DNA of 55,846 nucleotides, filler included, from Catajapyx aquilonaris (lineage: Eukaryota): assembly GCA_000934665.2 (NCBI GenBank). It is 3 parts of 3 records of this genome, joined end to end, with 100 filler letters (N's around TTAATTAATTAA, not from the genome) between each part and the next. Parts side by side here need not be neighbours in the genome. Positions count along the whole stretch, not along the records: positions 1 to 18,514 come from JYFJ02006676.1; positions 18,615 to 37,249 come from JYFJ02006677.1; 1 more part is not named here. One strand, 5' to 3'. Made by a program: the position numbers and the translations under genes. Every line of letters starts with the position of its first letter. The stretch's first letter is position 1. The notes beneath the pieces were generated by a model, which saw only the letters and a program-made list of their open reading frames with translations, made no database searches and was not told the origin of the DNA. Positions 11,237 to 22,849 of the stretch are shown here, one piece after another.

Positions 11237-12674
11237 AAAGGACCTCATGCATTAAGCATACTAAAAAGGATCCCAAAATTGATTTCTTCGTGCTTCGGAT
11301 ATGTTGTTGGGGGTAGCGAGTAGGCCCCGTGTGCAAAAGGAGCGGCCTCGATTGGCCGCGGTTAGGCTTGTAGGCCGGTCACATGACCTAGCCTTTAAAA
11401 AATCGTCACGCCCAAACGATTTTAATTTCAGAAATGATTTTCGGCATGGAGGTATATCTAGCCTAGTACTACCTAACGCTACAATGGAAATCCACCTAGC
11501 TCATCTCTGATTGGCCGAAATAGACAACGAGTGAAAAAGAAGTGGCCTTTTTACCAATTTAAAGCTGGCCCCCCAACATGACGTATACCTTATTTGACAG
11601 CTCCAAAGTAGTTTTACACCATATTAAAAAATCAGACAATTCTATCCGTGGACCTCTATATTTTATTTAGTAAACCAAACACCACCCTTATAATTCACAC
11701 AAATGTACTACTACCCACCTTTTATACTATTTTGAGGCATTCTTTTGAGTTCATGAATCGAAAAATAACATGACGAAGGTCTTCGGCGAATATTATGTGA
11801 TTCACGAGTCCTGGCCTGTTAGGCTCCTCCCCCGTCTTCCGCCCTCTGAAGGCGAGGTTGCCACGTCCGCGTCCGCCGTGGGCTCTCACGCCTGCCAGGA
11901 GGATGGGGGAGAGCACTTGACAGTAGTGGATCGCATTGGGTGGGGGGACAACCAGGCCTGGAAATACGACGAACCACCTATCCCTTGTTGAGACCGAACA
12001 CCGCACCAATGGCTCCTACTCGCGAGACTCAGGAGCATTCCAGGCCTGATTTCTTCTGCCGCTGATGTTGGGAGGAGGTGGGTGGAGCCTAACAGGCCAG
12101 GACTCGTGAATCGCATAATATTCGCCGAAGACCTTCGTCATGTTATTTTTCGATTCATGAACTCCAAGAATGCCTCAAAATAGTATAAAAGGTGGGTAGT
12201 AGGACATTTGTGTGAATTATAAGGGTGGTGTTTGGTTGTTACTAAATAAAATATAGCGGTCCACGGATAGAATTGTCTGATTTTTTAATATGGTGTAAAA
12301 CTTCTTTGGTGCTGTCAAATAAGGTATACGTCATGTTGGGGGGCCAGCTTTAAATTGGTAAAAAGGCCACTTGTTTTTCACTCGTTGTCTATTTCGGCCA
12401 ATCAGAGATGAGTTAGGTGGATTTCCATCGTAGCGTTAGGTAGTACTAGGCTAGATATACCTCCATGCCAAAAATCATTTCTGAAATCAAAGTCGTTTGG
12501 GCGTGGTGATTTTTTAAAGGCTAGGTCACGTGACTGGCCTACAAGCCTAACCGCGGCCAATCGAGGCCGCTCCTTTTGCACACGGGGCATACTCGCACCC
12601 CCAACAACATATCCGAAGCACGAAGAAATCAATTTTGGGATCCTTTTTAGTATGCTTAATGCATGAGGTCCTTT
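11237..12674. mobile_element. Foldback element with ~590-bp near-identical inverted arms
   Basis: AAAGGACCTCATGCATTAAGCATAC at 11237 versus GTATGCTTAATGCATGAGGTCCTTT ending 12674; spacer about 11830-12082; no clear TSD. Confidence 0.8.
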
Positions 12675-12787
12675 TCTTTCGTTATAAGTGGATTTTCCAG
12701 CCAGAAGTGGTTTTTTGACTGATGATTCCAAAATGAACATAAATTGTCCTGTTCAAATTGGAATAATGATGTTACTTTGTGTTTCAG

Positions 12788-12913
12788 GTCCATTGATGAA
12801 GTTGCACGGCACCGCCAGAACCGAGAAATTACTGTGAGTGGTCAGAAGGTGCCAAACCCCATCACTACCTTTGAGGAAGTTGTCTTCACCGAGCAGGTTA
12901 CCAAGGAGATTCG
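12788..12913 (+). CDS. DDX5: DDX5/p68-like helicase, next exon; remainder of the gene not found before the gap
   Basis: tttcag|12788, phase-compatible with the exon ending 3059; SIDEVARHRQNREITVSGQKVPNPITTFEEVVFTEQVTKEIR leads into the Q-motif region; donor CG|gtcagt after 12913. Confidence 0.85.
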
Positions 12914-13014
12914 GTCAGTCTTGCAGCTTGTTGTTACCTAAGTTCAGTTTACTTGTTTGCAAATTATGCCCACCTGTCAGTTGATGCCAGGTAGCAACCA
13001 TCACTAGTCTCTTA

Positions 13015-13227
13015 AGGCCGGTATCCACGTACGAGGTTTCTCGCATACGAGGAGCCAACTGCACATGCCCGGATACGAGGAAAGAGGAAAAGTTGAAAAT
13101 TTTCTACTTTAATCCCCTTTTCAAGGGACAAGAGGGGCCCTGAGGCGACAAAGAGTCCGTCTCGACGTACAAGATTTCTCGCGTAAGAGGACTCGCATAC
13201 GAGCAACTTGCACGTCGATACCGGCCT
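13015..13227. mobile_element. Short Harbinger-type MITE (TTA TSD)
   Basis: TTA|AGGCCGGTATCCACGTACGAG ... CTTGCACGTCGATACCGGCCT|TTA. Confidence 0.7.
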
Positions 13228-13555
13228 TTAGGTATTGGTATATGGATCTAGTAGATGTCTGTCAGTTACTTGAGAAGGAATTTGTACCCATGTTCTCCCC
13301 CCCCCCCCACCCCCCCCACACCTTTCCCGTATTTTTCATACTATAAAAAAACCGTTCATTTCATTTTTATTGGACATTATTTTACCTTCAAGCCAATAGA
13401 CAAATAGTAGTAGATTCGTACACATTGCAATATTCCCTGACATTTATTTTGCATTTACATTTATAATAATATTATAAATGTAAATGCAAAATAAATGTCA
13501 GGGAAAAAAAGTTCGTCGCGTTGCAATGTAAATTTGTAATTACAAGTATATAGGA

Positions 13556-13985
13556 TTTACATTGCAACGCGACGAACTTTTTTTTCTGCACAGGAACGGA
13601 TGATCTCAGTGTAGTCCACAGACTTCAAAATTTCGGACTCGATGTACAGCGTGCTCAGCGAATTCAGCCTGTTATCTTCTGTAGTCGAGCGCAAGTAGTT
13701 CTTAACTCTTTTTAGAGCCGAAAACGACTGTTCTGCCTGACCATCGTCGGGAGCTTCCTATCTTCACCAGTTACTGAATCCAATGAAGCATGAAGGTGTT
13801 GACACTTTCGGATGATTTTTACGCTGCTATAACTGGAGAAAATTGTGACAAAAAGTAACAAGATAATTATAAAATTTCGATGCGACTTGTAAATTTTTTA
13901 AAAAAGCGCCTTCGGCGCCAGGGCCCCCTCAGATGCTGGGGCCCTAGGCAGCTGCCTTGTTTGCCTAGGCGATTGTCCGGCCCTG
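13556..13985 (-). pseudogene. Internally deleted hAT transposon: terminus plus C-terminal dimerisation-domain remnant
   Basis: Minus strand begins CAGGGCCGGAC at 13985; about 13738-13557 translates QAEQSFSALKRVKNYLRSTTEDNRLNSLSTLYIESEILKSVDYTEIIRSCAEKKVRRVAM*, the hAT ERSFSxLKxIKxYLRS motif. Confidence 0.8.
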
Positions 13986-14550
13986 CCCATGGTCAGTTGG
14001 CCAATGATCGAGTAGGAAGGCTTGAGACCGATTGTGGAATTTTCTCGCAGTAATAAACATAATTCGGGTTGCAGGACTAGTGCCCCAAAGACACAAACTT
14101 CCTCTGTCAGTCTGTATATTCCGAATGAAAAAAAATACAGTGTACCAAGAAGTTCTTACAGGACAAACTTTTATTCACTGCTCTGCAACAGGTTGGCTAC
14201 GAGTACTGACATTATCTGATTAAAATGCATGATAGGAAGTGTTTTCACACCAGTGTTCGAAATTAGCCTGTCCATTGGTGACCTCGTAATGATGGCTTGT
14301 CGCCTCTTTTGGTGACCGCTAGCTATGCCCTCCAAATATTGCATTTCTGTTAGTATACCTGCGCGTATTACTCCGTTTATGCACTTGCCCCGATGATACC
14401 TAGTTAGAGGCAAGTGCAAGCCCCATTTTTAAAACCAACCTGATTATACCACCGAAACGGAACAATAACAGTGTGAGAGTACACCTTAACCTCGTAACGT
14501 ACAGTGCAGCGTGAGATTCAAGACTCGTCAGATTTTCTCCGAAAGATACT

Positions 14551-15495
14551 TAGGGGAGACCGGGGCACAGTGGACCACTTTTGCACATTTGAATTTTTAT
14601 ATACCTACCTGTTATACCTACACACCCCATATTTTCAGGCATGGTGGAGATACTCCTTGGTAATATAAGTCACTACTATATTCACAGGCAGTGCCATCCT
14701 TTTGGCTTTAAAAAAATTTAGAAGCGACCCCCTGCAAATGGTCCACTGTACCCCGATAGGTGGGGCACAGTGGTCCGGAAGTGATTGGGACCCCTAATTC
14801 ACACAAGTAGTTTATTATCATTGCCTAACATTTTTTTTTACAGCTGTTCATTTTGAGGACTGTGTCAACATCACAGTTTTGCCCCTTTTTTCTACCTAAT
14901 TCACATTTGAAAAATCATTGTCTCACTTTTTTTTTTTACAGGTGTTCATTTGGAGGGTGGTTTGTCAAAATCACAGTTTTGACCTTTTTCTACCTAATTC
15001 ACATTTTTAAAATAATTGTCTCACATTTTTTTTTACAGCTGTTCATTTCGGGACACAGTGTGCATTTCGCGGCACAGTGGTACATGGACCACTGTGCCCC
15101 GCAAACGACTGGACCACTGTGCCCCGGACAGCAGCAACTGACATAATGCTATGATTGTAACTTCGATTGCAAGTTAGGCTTACCAAACTTGCGGTAATTC
15201 ATGGGCAAAGGGCGGCACTATTCCACAAGATTTTTATATCAGGCTCATGCCCAACATCTACGCCTGAAGTGGCATTTAAACTGTGGGTTAGTAATTTACT
15301 TCACTTATCTTCAAATCGATTTCGCTGGATATCTATCGATCGATCGATCGCTAGCCGTTGCCAGCCATGTTGGCAGGAGCATGGCAGTGACTTGTTTCAC
15401 GAGGTACCAGATGAAAAAAAATTGGCGGCCTTTTCGATTTTTAAAATGGAAAGGTCCACTGTGCCCCGTGGTCCACTGTGCCCCAGTCTCCCCTA
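14551..15495. mobile_element. MITE with TAGGGGAGAC termini and internal GGGGCACAGTGGACC repeats (pogo/Fot1-like)
   Basis: TAGGGGAGACCGGGGCACAGTGGACCAC versus GTGGTCCACTGTGCCCCAGTCTCCCCTA; motif repeated near 14740, 14763, 15086, 15111 and 15453. Confidence 0.7.
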
Positions 15496-15668
15496 CACAC
15501 ACGGCAGAGAAGCGAAAACACCATCTTGAGCTCGGTGGCCATTTTTTTGTCAATGTGATGAAAGAGAGAAGATTGTGCTACTTGAGCGGAGTTAGCAGAG
15601 GTAGTCGTGAAGATTTACATGATTTTTGATATTTCCTGCCACCTTGTGCCATGCATTGGAAGAAATGT

Positions 15669-16405
15669 GGGGAGGTGTGGTGGCCCAGATGGTAACATCT
15701 TGGCTTGCTGAGTGAAAGGTCTCAGGTTCGATCCCCGCCTAGGAGTTCCCTTTCACCTGCGTCGGGAGGGTCTCTAACCTGCACCTTTGGAGGTGTCTGG
15801 CAACCTAACCTCCTGGGGGATTGCACATGGCCCAACCTTGAGACATTGCACTTGCACCCGTGTCCCCTGCCCAAAAATCCCTATCCTTACCCAATGCCCT
15901 TGTTTCCTTGCATCGGACAGTGAAGAAAAATGTATACAGGGTGTTTACGACCTAACTTTACAAACTTCTAGGGGTAATAGAGGGGACCAAGACGAACATA
16001 TTTCACATAGGAACCCGTGCCCGGAAACGCCATCTAGAGGGGGTTCATAGACGAGGAACGGGTGCGCTCAGACACGTCAGGCGGGGGGGGGGGGGGGGGG
16101 GGGNGGAGCGTTTAGTTGCTAGGTGGCGCGCGGATTGTACACAACTTCGCAATTCGCAATAACCTGGCAACAACAGAACCACCTAACAACTAACGTCAGC
16201 ATGCCAGGTAGCGCGCAGACAATAAACAGCAACTCTGTGAAATATGTTTGTCTTGGTCCCCTCTATTAACCCTACAAGTTTGTAAAGTGAGGTCGTAAAC
16301 ACCCTGTATAGTATATACTAGAAAACTGATGGTGATGTGCCACCCCTCAAAAAGGCCCAGGGAGGCCTATCACGAGGTAAAATAAATAAACAAAAATAAA
16401 AATAA
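15669..16405 (+). mobile_element. SINE family B copy interrupted by a MITE
   Basis: Aligns with 5551-5925 up to GAAGAAAAATG (15932) and resumes at GAAAACTGATGG (16321). Confidence 0.8.
15937..16306. mobile_element. Tc1/mariner-type MITE (TA|CAGGGTG), related to 48498-49075
   Basis: TA|CAGGGTGTTTACGACCTAACTTTACAAACTT ... AAGTTTGTAAAGTGAGGTCGTAAACACCCTG|TA; shares CTAGGGGTAATAGAGGGGACCAAGAC...CCGGAAACGCCATCTAGAGGGGG with the 48.5-kb element. Confidence 0.85.
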
Positions 16406-18514
16406 ACTACTGGAAGAAATACTGCCCTAGTCCCATTTCCGTATTTACCCGGCTTTACCCTACCTGCATCAGGGCAATTCCTGTTGTAACATACAACCAA
16501 ATCTTACGCTATTTCCGTCATTCTACATTCAGGAATGGTGTATTATGAAATGGGTATGTAATCTAAGCACTGCATTTGGCGCACACATCAAAAACTTTCG
16601 AAAGCACTCATTGGAAGACGTGTAATCTCGTTTATGCGATTGTTGGACATGCGAAATGGAATGGTCACATACGGATAGGGTTGCCACCTCTCCGGGTTTG
16701 ACCCGGAGACTCCGGGTTTCCAAGCGCTGCCTCTGGGCTATGGGTTTTACTCCCGAATCTCCGGGTTTGGCGACTGGTGTATCGATGCAGGGCCTTATCG
16801 AAGCAAAGAAGAGGGAGTATGGTATCGATGCAGTGTATCGATCTGGGATATCGGGGCTATAATATCGGCTCTCACAAGTACTATTGGTAGGACTGACACG
16901 TGACACACACGCACACGCCACACACGGCACGTCAATACACCAGGTTGGGAGGTTGCAGGTTCGTGCTTAGCTTCTAGCGATCAGGGTCCAGCGGACCCTG
17001 TGCCTGACTGCCTGTGCGGCGGCCGGCGGTGCTGGAAAGTCATATGGAAAATGAAAGGGTTAATGGATGGCATAGCTACTTATTACTTTCCAAACTCCAA
17101 AGTAGAGCCTACTATATGTGGAGTGACCAATCAAAACGCAACAAACGCCAACAAAGGCATTTCGAGATATTCAACAAAAACCGATTGCTCCCAAATGGAA
17201 TGTGACCAAGAAACAAAATGTGCAGTACATTATGCCCATATGCAGAGGTGGTTAATGGTGTATGTTAATGAAATCAGGAATTGTCTAGTCACGGGAAAAA
17301 AATTAATCAAAATTTGACTTATTGCGTTTTGATTGGGCACATGTGTCAGATATTGCGTTTTGATCGATCATTATCATTGGCCGTATTATTAAAATTGGAA
17401 AAATTCTTACTGTTAGTGTCTTATATCAGCAGGAACCATTATACCATATCCTTGACACTAATTATCTAAACACAATGCTAATCATGAGAACATTATTAGC
17501 TATTTTTTAAAATTTTTATTACTTATGCACCCTTCGGGGTTGGAGTGAGTCGATGAGAACAACATACCGTCGCTGGCGATCCAATACCTCAGTTCTACGA
17601 AGAACCCAACTTTACAGGAGAAGGAAATAACTATTTCTTAAAGTACTGTCACACAACAGAAAATCCCAATTTTGTTATATTTTTTATCTTTTTTTGGGTT
17701 GTCTAGGGAATATGAGGTTTTGCCAACAGATGGGGCTTGTATTGACTACTGCAAAACCATGGAAAACTGGAAATCGGCCAAAGTGCGAGATACGAGGTAT
17801 TGGATTGCCAGCGACGATACGTGCTACTGTAGTACTGTGTGCAGGGCCCTGCAGAGGGGGGGGGGGCAGCTGGGTACACTTGCCCCGGGCCTCAGTACGG
17901 CCAGGGGGCCCCGCCAGGGGTCCCAGGCCGGACTTATCCAACCAGCCGACAGAAACTTACTGGGAAAAATACCCAATCCCAATGGCGTCTGAACACATTA
18001 GGGCTGAATCATTTCTGGAGGCCCCATTTCAATAGTGACTTATAATTCCCAAATTTTGGCAATAATAATAATAATAATAAGCCAATTTGGGGCCCCTATT
18101 TAGGTTGGGGACTCGGGGCCCTATAATTCAATACCGGCTCTTAAGAGTCCTTTCTATCCCCGAGTTTCGCCTCCGAAAACACACTTCCGTAGTCTACTAT
18201 TTTGTTCCGTAATTTGACACCGACTTCTGATATAAAAATTGTTCTACGCTAAGACGATATCCCTCTGTCGTTGCTGCTTGTCAGTTTTTCAAAACATCCA
18301 TTATTTTGGCCAATAAAAATTCCGAAATATGGCGAGATCTGGATTTTTAAAGCCTGCTCTCAGCGCGATGGTAAGCAAAATTTCAAATTTGTAACCAGCA
18401 GCGTCAAAGGAGTCGCGGATTCTCTTTCGAATGGCACTGACCTTATAATTTTCCCGTGACCTGTGACCCAGTAAATAGGAGAATACGAATGAAAAAAGTA
18501 ATACACAGAACGCT

Positions 18515-18614
18515 NNNNNNNNNNNNNNNNNNNNNNNNNNNNNNNNNNNNNNNNNNNNTTAATTAATTAANNNNNNNNNNNNNNNNNNNNNNNNNNNNNN
18601 NNNNNNNNNNNNNN
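18515..18614. other. Artificial contig linker/gap
   Basis: N44-TTAATTAATTAA-N44; the 12-mer has stops in all six frames; identical construct at 37250. Confidence 0.95.
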
Positions 18615-18765
18615 TCCAGCATGTACTTATTGTAAAGAAAGGGCGCCACAAAATTCAACAATCACCATAAAATATTTGATTTAGGTTACATTTTTTAGCC
18701 TTATTAGTGTGTTAAGTAAAATAATGTGGTAATTTATTGTGTGGTTCAGTTATAGACTATTAAGT

Positions 18766-19092
18766 GCGGGAGGCGGAGTGGTGCTGTGGTAACGTATGCG
18801 CCCACGGATGTTAAGGTCCCGGGTTCGATCCCAGCCCGGGGACTCCCCCTTCATCTCGTGCAGAGTTCATTGGGTCAACTCTGGCTTCGTCTCGGGTGGT
18901 ATTTCCTACAGACTAAACCACCCGGGGGAGTTCACTAAAAATGGCCACATAAAGACATTGCACTGCACCTTGCACATCCCCTCCTGTCATCCTGCCCGTG
19001 GGCCCGGGCGTTACGTATAAAGGTTCCAATGTATATGAGTATAAAATAAAGGTCCGTGCTATATACCTCAGATGAGGTCAAGCACTACCCGG

Positions 19093-19171
<79 letters not shown>
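18766..19171 (+). mobile_element. tRNA-derived SINE family A, young full-length copy
   Basis: A box TGGTGCTGTGGTAA, B box GGTTCGATCCC, long perfect (ATT)n tail from about 19093, perfect 16-bp TSD TTATAGACTATTAAGT at 18750-18765 and 19172-19187. Confidence 0.9.
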
Positions 19172-19176
<5 letters not shown>

Positions 19177-19863
19177 GACTATTAAGTAAAAAAGGCATAT
19201 TCATTATACAGGATGTTATCAGAAACCACAAATTCACAAATTATTCCGTCTGCAATACACCACCACCACCATCATCACAAGATGTTACTCTCGAACTGAT
19301 ACTTCAAGGGGCACTCTCTCAAAAGCAACGTGTATCCATGGTACACAGCGTTGCGATTTTTTAAAAATACTCAAAATTTGTACTGCATTATGTACATTAG
19401 TTAGTACAATGAAGTACACAATTTGCATGTTTTTAGCACAACGCTGTGTACCATGCATACATTGTTTTTACAGCGCTTAAAACTTGTCATAGCTAAAATC
19501 CTGCTCTATTGAAACAATAATTGTCGATCGCTGCGAGAGCCAATAATAAATTATCATGAAGAAAAATAAATATTCTATTCTATTCAATGAAATGCATTGT
19601 GGTCTTATCAGAATGAAGACAACATCTACATATTAAACGAAGGTCATCTTTCGTCACTCCTCTCAGCCCGCCTCAGCCTATTTGATGGGCAACCGGTTGC
19701 TGGGGTCAGCAATTCGCCTTTCCTACCCTTCCCACTGATTTGAACCAGCCCGGGTTTGGCTTAGACTTGTCCTCACCAGAGGCGCCACAAGTCAGCTCGC
19801 ATACATGTGCTGCCATCTCTGGAGCTGTGGTCCAGTTTTCGTGCAGTTGGCAACCCTGGAGAA

Positions 19864-19900
19864 GTATAAACAAGTGAAGGGCACGTTTCAAGATGGCGGC
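19864..19900 (+). promoter_or_regulatory. Probable INO80C core promoter motifs (TATA-like and YY1/Pho site)
   Basis: GTATAAA at 19864 and CAAGATGGCGGC at 19889-19900, about 150 bp upstream of the ATG; motif match only. Confidence 0.35.
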
Positions 19901-20046
19901 TTGTTGTTTTAATGAACTTTTTGGAAGCAATTTAGACTTGACAAGGACACCTGGTGAGGTGTCGGTTGCCGGCTAATTGTTGAGGACGATTTGAGGCCTG
20001 TCTGCTCATAGTTTGCTTGGCAGCTGGAGGGTGACTGGGCCAGAAG

Positions 20047-21037
20047 ATGGTCAAGAGGAAGTTCCCTGCCGCAGTATGTCCTCATTATAGTTTCATGTGG
20101 TACACGATGTGGTACAATAATTGCAGTACTTTACTGGTTAACATGAGCAGATCTGGTTAAAACCTGTTGCATTTTGCAGTCAATAGTGTTGTCAATCAAT
20201 TTATTTAGCCTCCCTCTTTGTTTCATAGGGAGGGACGTTTTGTTGCTGTCAAGTGTTGTGCCACTCATGGCAACAAATGCAGATTTGCCCTGTTACTTAT
20301 AACTCTGACAGGTACTATATCGCTCAAAAACGTAAAGACGATTTTGAATTTGCTGCACATTACAGCATGTATTATTGGAAATTCTTGTCAAACTACGAGT
20401 GCGCAAAAGCTAAGCACAAATCTCACTTTGCACTGGTTTGTCCAGCAGGCCGATGGAGAGAGTCCAAGCAGCCGAGGTGGCTCCAGGGCTGGTTCCAGAG
20501 CTGGTTCCAGGGCAACCAGCCCATCAGTGGACGTGACAGGAGTAGATGCCGGAGAGGGAAGCAGTGGGAAGGACGATAAGAAGCCGGTGTTCAAGGATCA
20601 AGACTTCCAGCTGAGCAGCAAGGCGGCCAACAAGAAGAGGGCCTGGAGGTCGCTCAAGCAGATCGTGGCTCTCGAGAGGAACTTGCCTTGGGGAGGGGAA
20701 GACTTTGTCCACTGTGAGCTTGGCAGCAATTAAAACGTGACCCTAATTTAACTTGCTTCTGACTTGTCTTCACTTACAGATTCGACAATCGAAGCACCGC
20801 CATCCTTCAGGCCAGCCAAAAAGTACTCTGACATTTCGGGACTTCCGGTAAGCTTTCCACTCTTTGCTCGTACTTTCCTACAACTACACCTACGCTTCAT
20901 TACAGGCCAAGTATACCGACCCCCACACCAAGCTGTACTACAGCACCACTGAGGAGTTTGCAACAATACACAGCCTCCCGATGGACATTGTTGCCGGTTA
21001 CTTGGCACTGAGGAGAGCCAATAATCCTGTCGGATGA
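20047..21037 (+). CDS. INO80C: INO80 complex subunit C (Ies6), complete, about 163 aa
   Basis: join(20047-20073, 20446 or 20449-20713, 20780-20847, 20906-21037), all GT-AG and in phase; PVFKD..WRSLKQIV..YSTIEAPPSFRPAKKYSDISGLPAKYTDPHTKLYY...GYLALRRA (YL1-C domain); AATAAA at 21121. The small first exon is the least certain. Confidence 0.92.
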
Positions 21038-22849
21038 AGGATAGGGAAAGTGAGATGAGGTGATTCTTTTGTACAACCTCTTTATTCACGTGGTTGTTCA
21101 AGGAAAAGTGTGTAGGGGTGAATAAAAGTGGTTTTCAATATTTTGTGGTAATGGAGGTAAATAGTTAGGTTTGTTATTTACATACTTATACAGGGCTTAT
21201 ATACAGGAAAATTAGCAACAATTGGTAAAACCTGTGTCTCAAGTTACATTTGGGGGGGTCTAAATACCATCTACAAAAAGGAAAGGAAAAAAATTGGAAA
21301 AAATATTACGATGCGTCTCCGCTCTATCTTCACCTCTTGTGTTGATCCAGACAGTGTGGGGGGAAGGGCTTCCAATTGTTAATTACTGCTGATAACTCAA
21401 CCCCACCATAAATACAGTCAACAAAGGCAAGAGGTAGTGTGTCATCACATAACGAATGTTCAACAAAAGGCACAAATTATTCACGTGTTAACAGGGGGAG
21501 GAGGGGCAACAAAATGAGGGCGCTCCAAAATTTGTACTTGACTCATTGACGCGCGAGAAAAGCACATCCAACTGCCATGATCCCACGGTATTGTGACCCT
21601 TGTTAAAAGCCCTTCGCAAGCGGTATATGACTTCGAGGGGGGGAAGTGAAGGCTCCGGTAAAAGTTTAAAAAAAAATTGGTTTAGTATACAGATGTACAG
21701 CTGTACAAGAATCACAGATTTTTTTGCAAAATGTCCCCATTATTCCAAAGGCAATAGCAGAGGTGTTGTTTTCCTTTTTTCCTTTCCAAGAAAATGCCTA
21801 ATAAACCCCTCAACAATTAATTTCAACTTCTCAACAGTACTGTACGCTATGTAAAAAAAAAATTGGAACTAACAGTTTACATTTAAAAACAACCTACTTT
21901 ATAAAAATGTCAACTGTCTCCTTCGCCAAAAAGTTGTAAATGCATGTCAGTCCCAGTAATCTGTTTCGTTTCTTTGCATGGGCAGGTTATTAATTTTTGA
22001 CAGTACCCAGGGAAGAAGAAAACAATGAGCAGGGCAATAACAAGGTTGCATGCTGTTCATGACTCTGAGGTGTACTGTTTTGCACACATGCCAAAATCAG
22101 TGCAATATTCATGTTTCTTGTCGCATTTAAGTGATTCTCCCGAGTTGATCCCTGGTTAACGTGGAGGATTTTTCATGTGGAAAGAGTTTCAATTGGGTTC
22201 TCCCACGTAAAATCATTCACTACTGCAGCAATTAAATAAAGGCTGGTAGAGGATCTTTTAAAAATCCATAAGCTTATCACTCGATATCTAATTATTATTA
22301 TCATTATTAACTCTTTGCATTATGACTTCTCCATTTTAATGTGTGCAGATACACATGCATGGAATGTGAAATTCGAAAGCTGATGGATATCATCGAAAGT
22401 GCTTTCCTAAAAATTCGCAAGATGTGGTTCCCAGAACCGTCCATATTAATCTTACTACAAAGTTACGGAAAAATGTTACCCTGCTCAACCTCCTGAGGGC
22501 ACTTCCAAAAAGTAAATTCAGTCGGCCCACGGTGTATTTTGACAACCTCCCAATATTGCCTTTGCTATTTATAAAAAAAGGAAAAAAAAAGTTCTTGTTT
22601 TCAGCTACATCTCACACACACGCAATAGTAACAATATGTACGTCCTTTTTTGCATAGCGGCACCTGCAACATCATCCGCAACAGGATAAAAAGACTGCTC
22701 CGCTCAATAGTTTCTTCTCTGTGCTAACAACAATCAACTAACAACAACAACGTTGGGTCTTCCTGGGTAATTTGGGGGGAGGGCAGGGAATTGGGGGGGG
22801 AGGGGGCAGACTTTTTGTAAATTACTTTTAAAAAAATGGAGATGTAAAA

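Noticed and set aside
16083..16104. Long G run as a G-quadruplex element
   Set aside because: Homopolymer ending in an N inside a MITE; likely low-quality sequence or a collapsed hairpin.
18559..18570. TTAATTAATTAA palindrome as a biological motif (also at 37294-37305)
   Set aside because: Centred in exactly 44+44 Ns twice; a synthetic six-frame stop linker.
18766..18845. tRNA genes at 18766, 3910-3989, 5551, 15669 and 51553
   Set aside because: A/B boxes are followed by shared SINE bodies, simple-repeat tails and in several cases TSDs; they are SINE heads.
19056..19364. Poly-tyrosine ORF
   Set aside because: Translation of the (ATT)n SINE tail.
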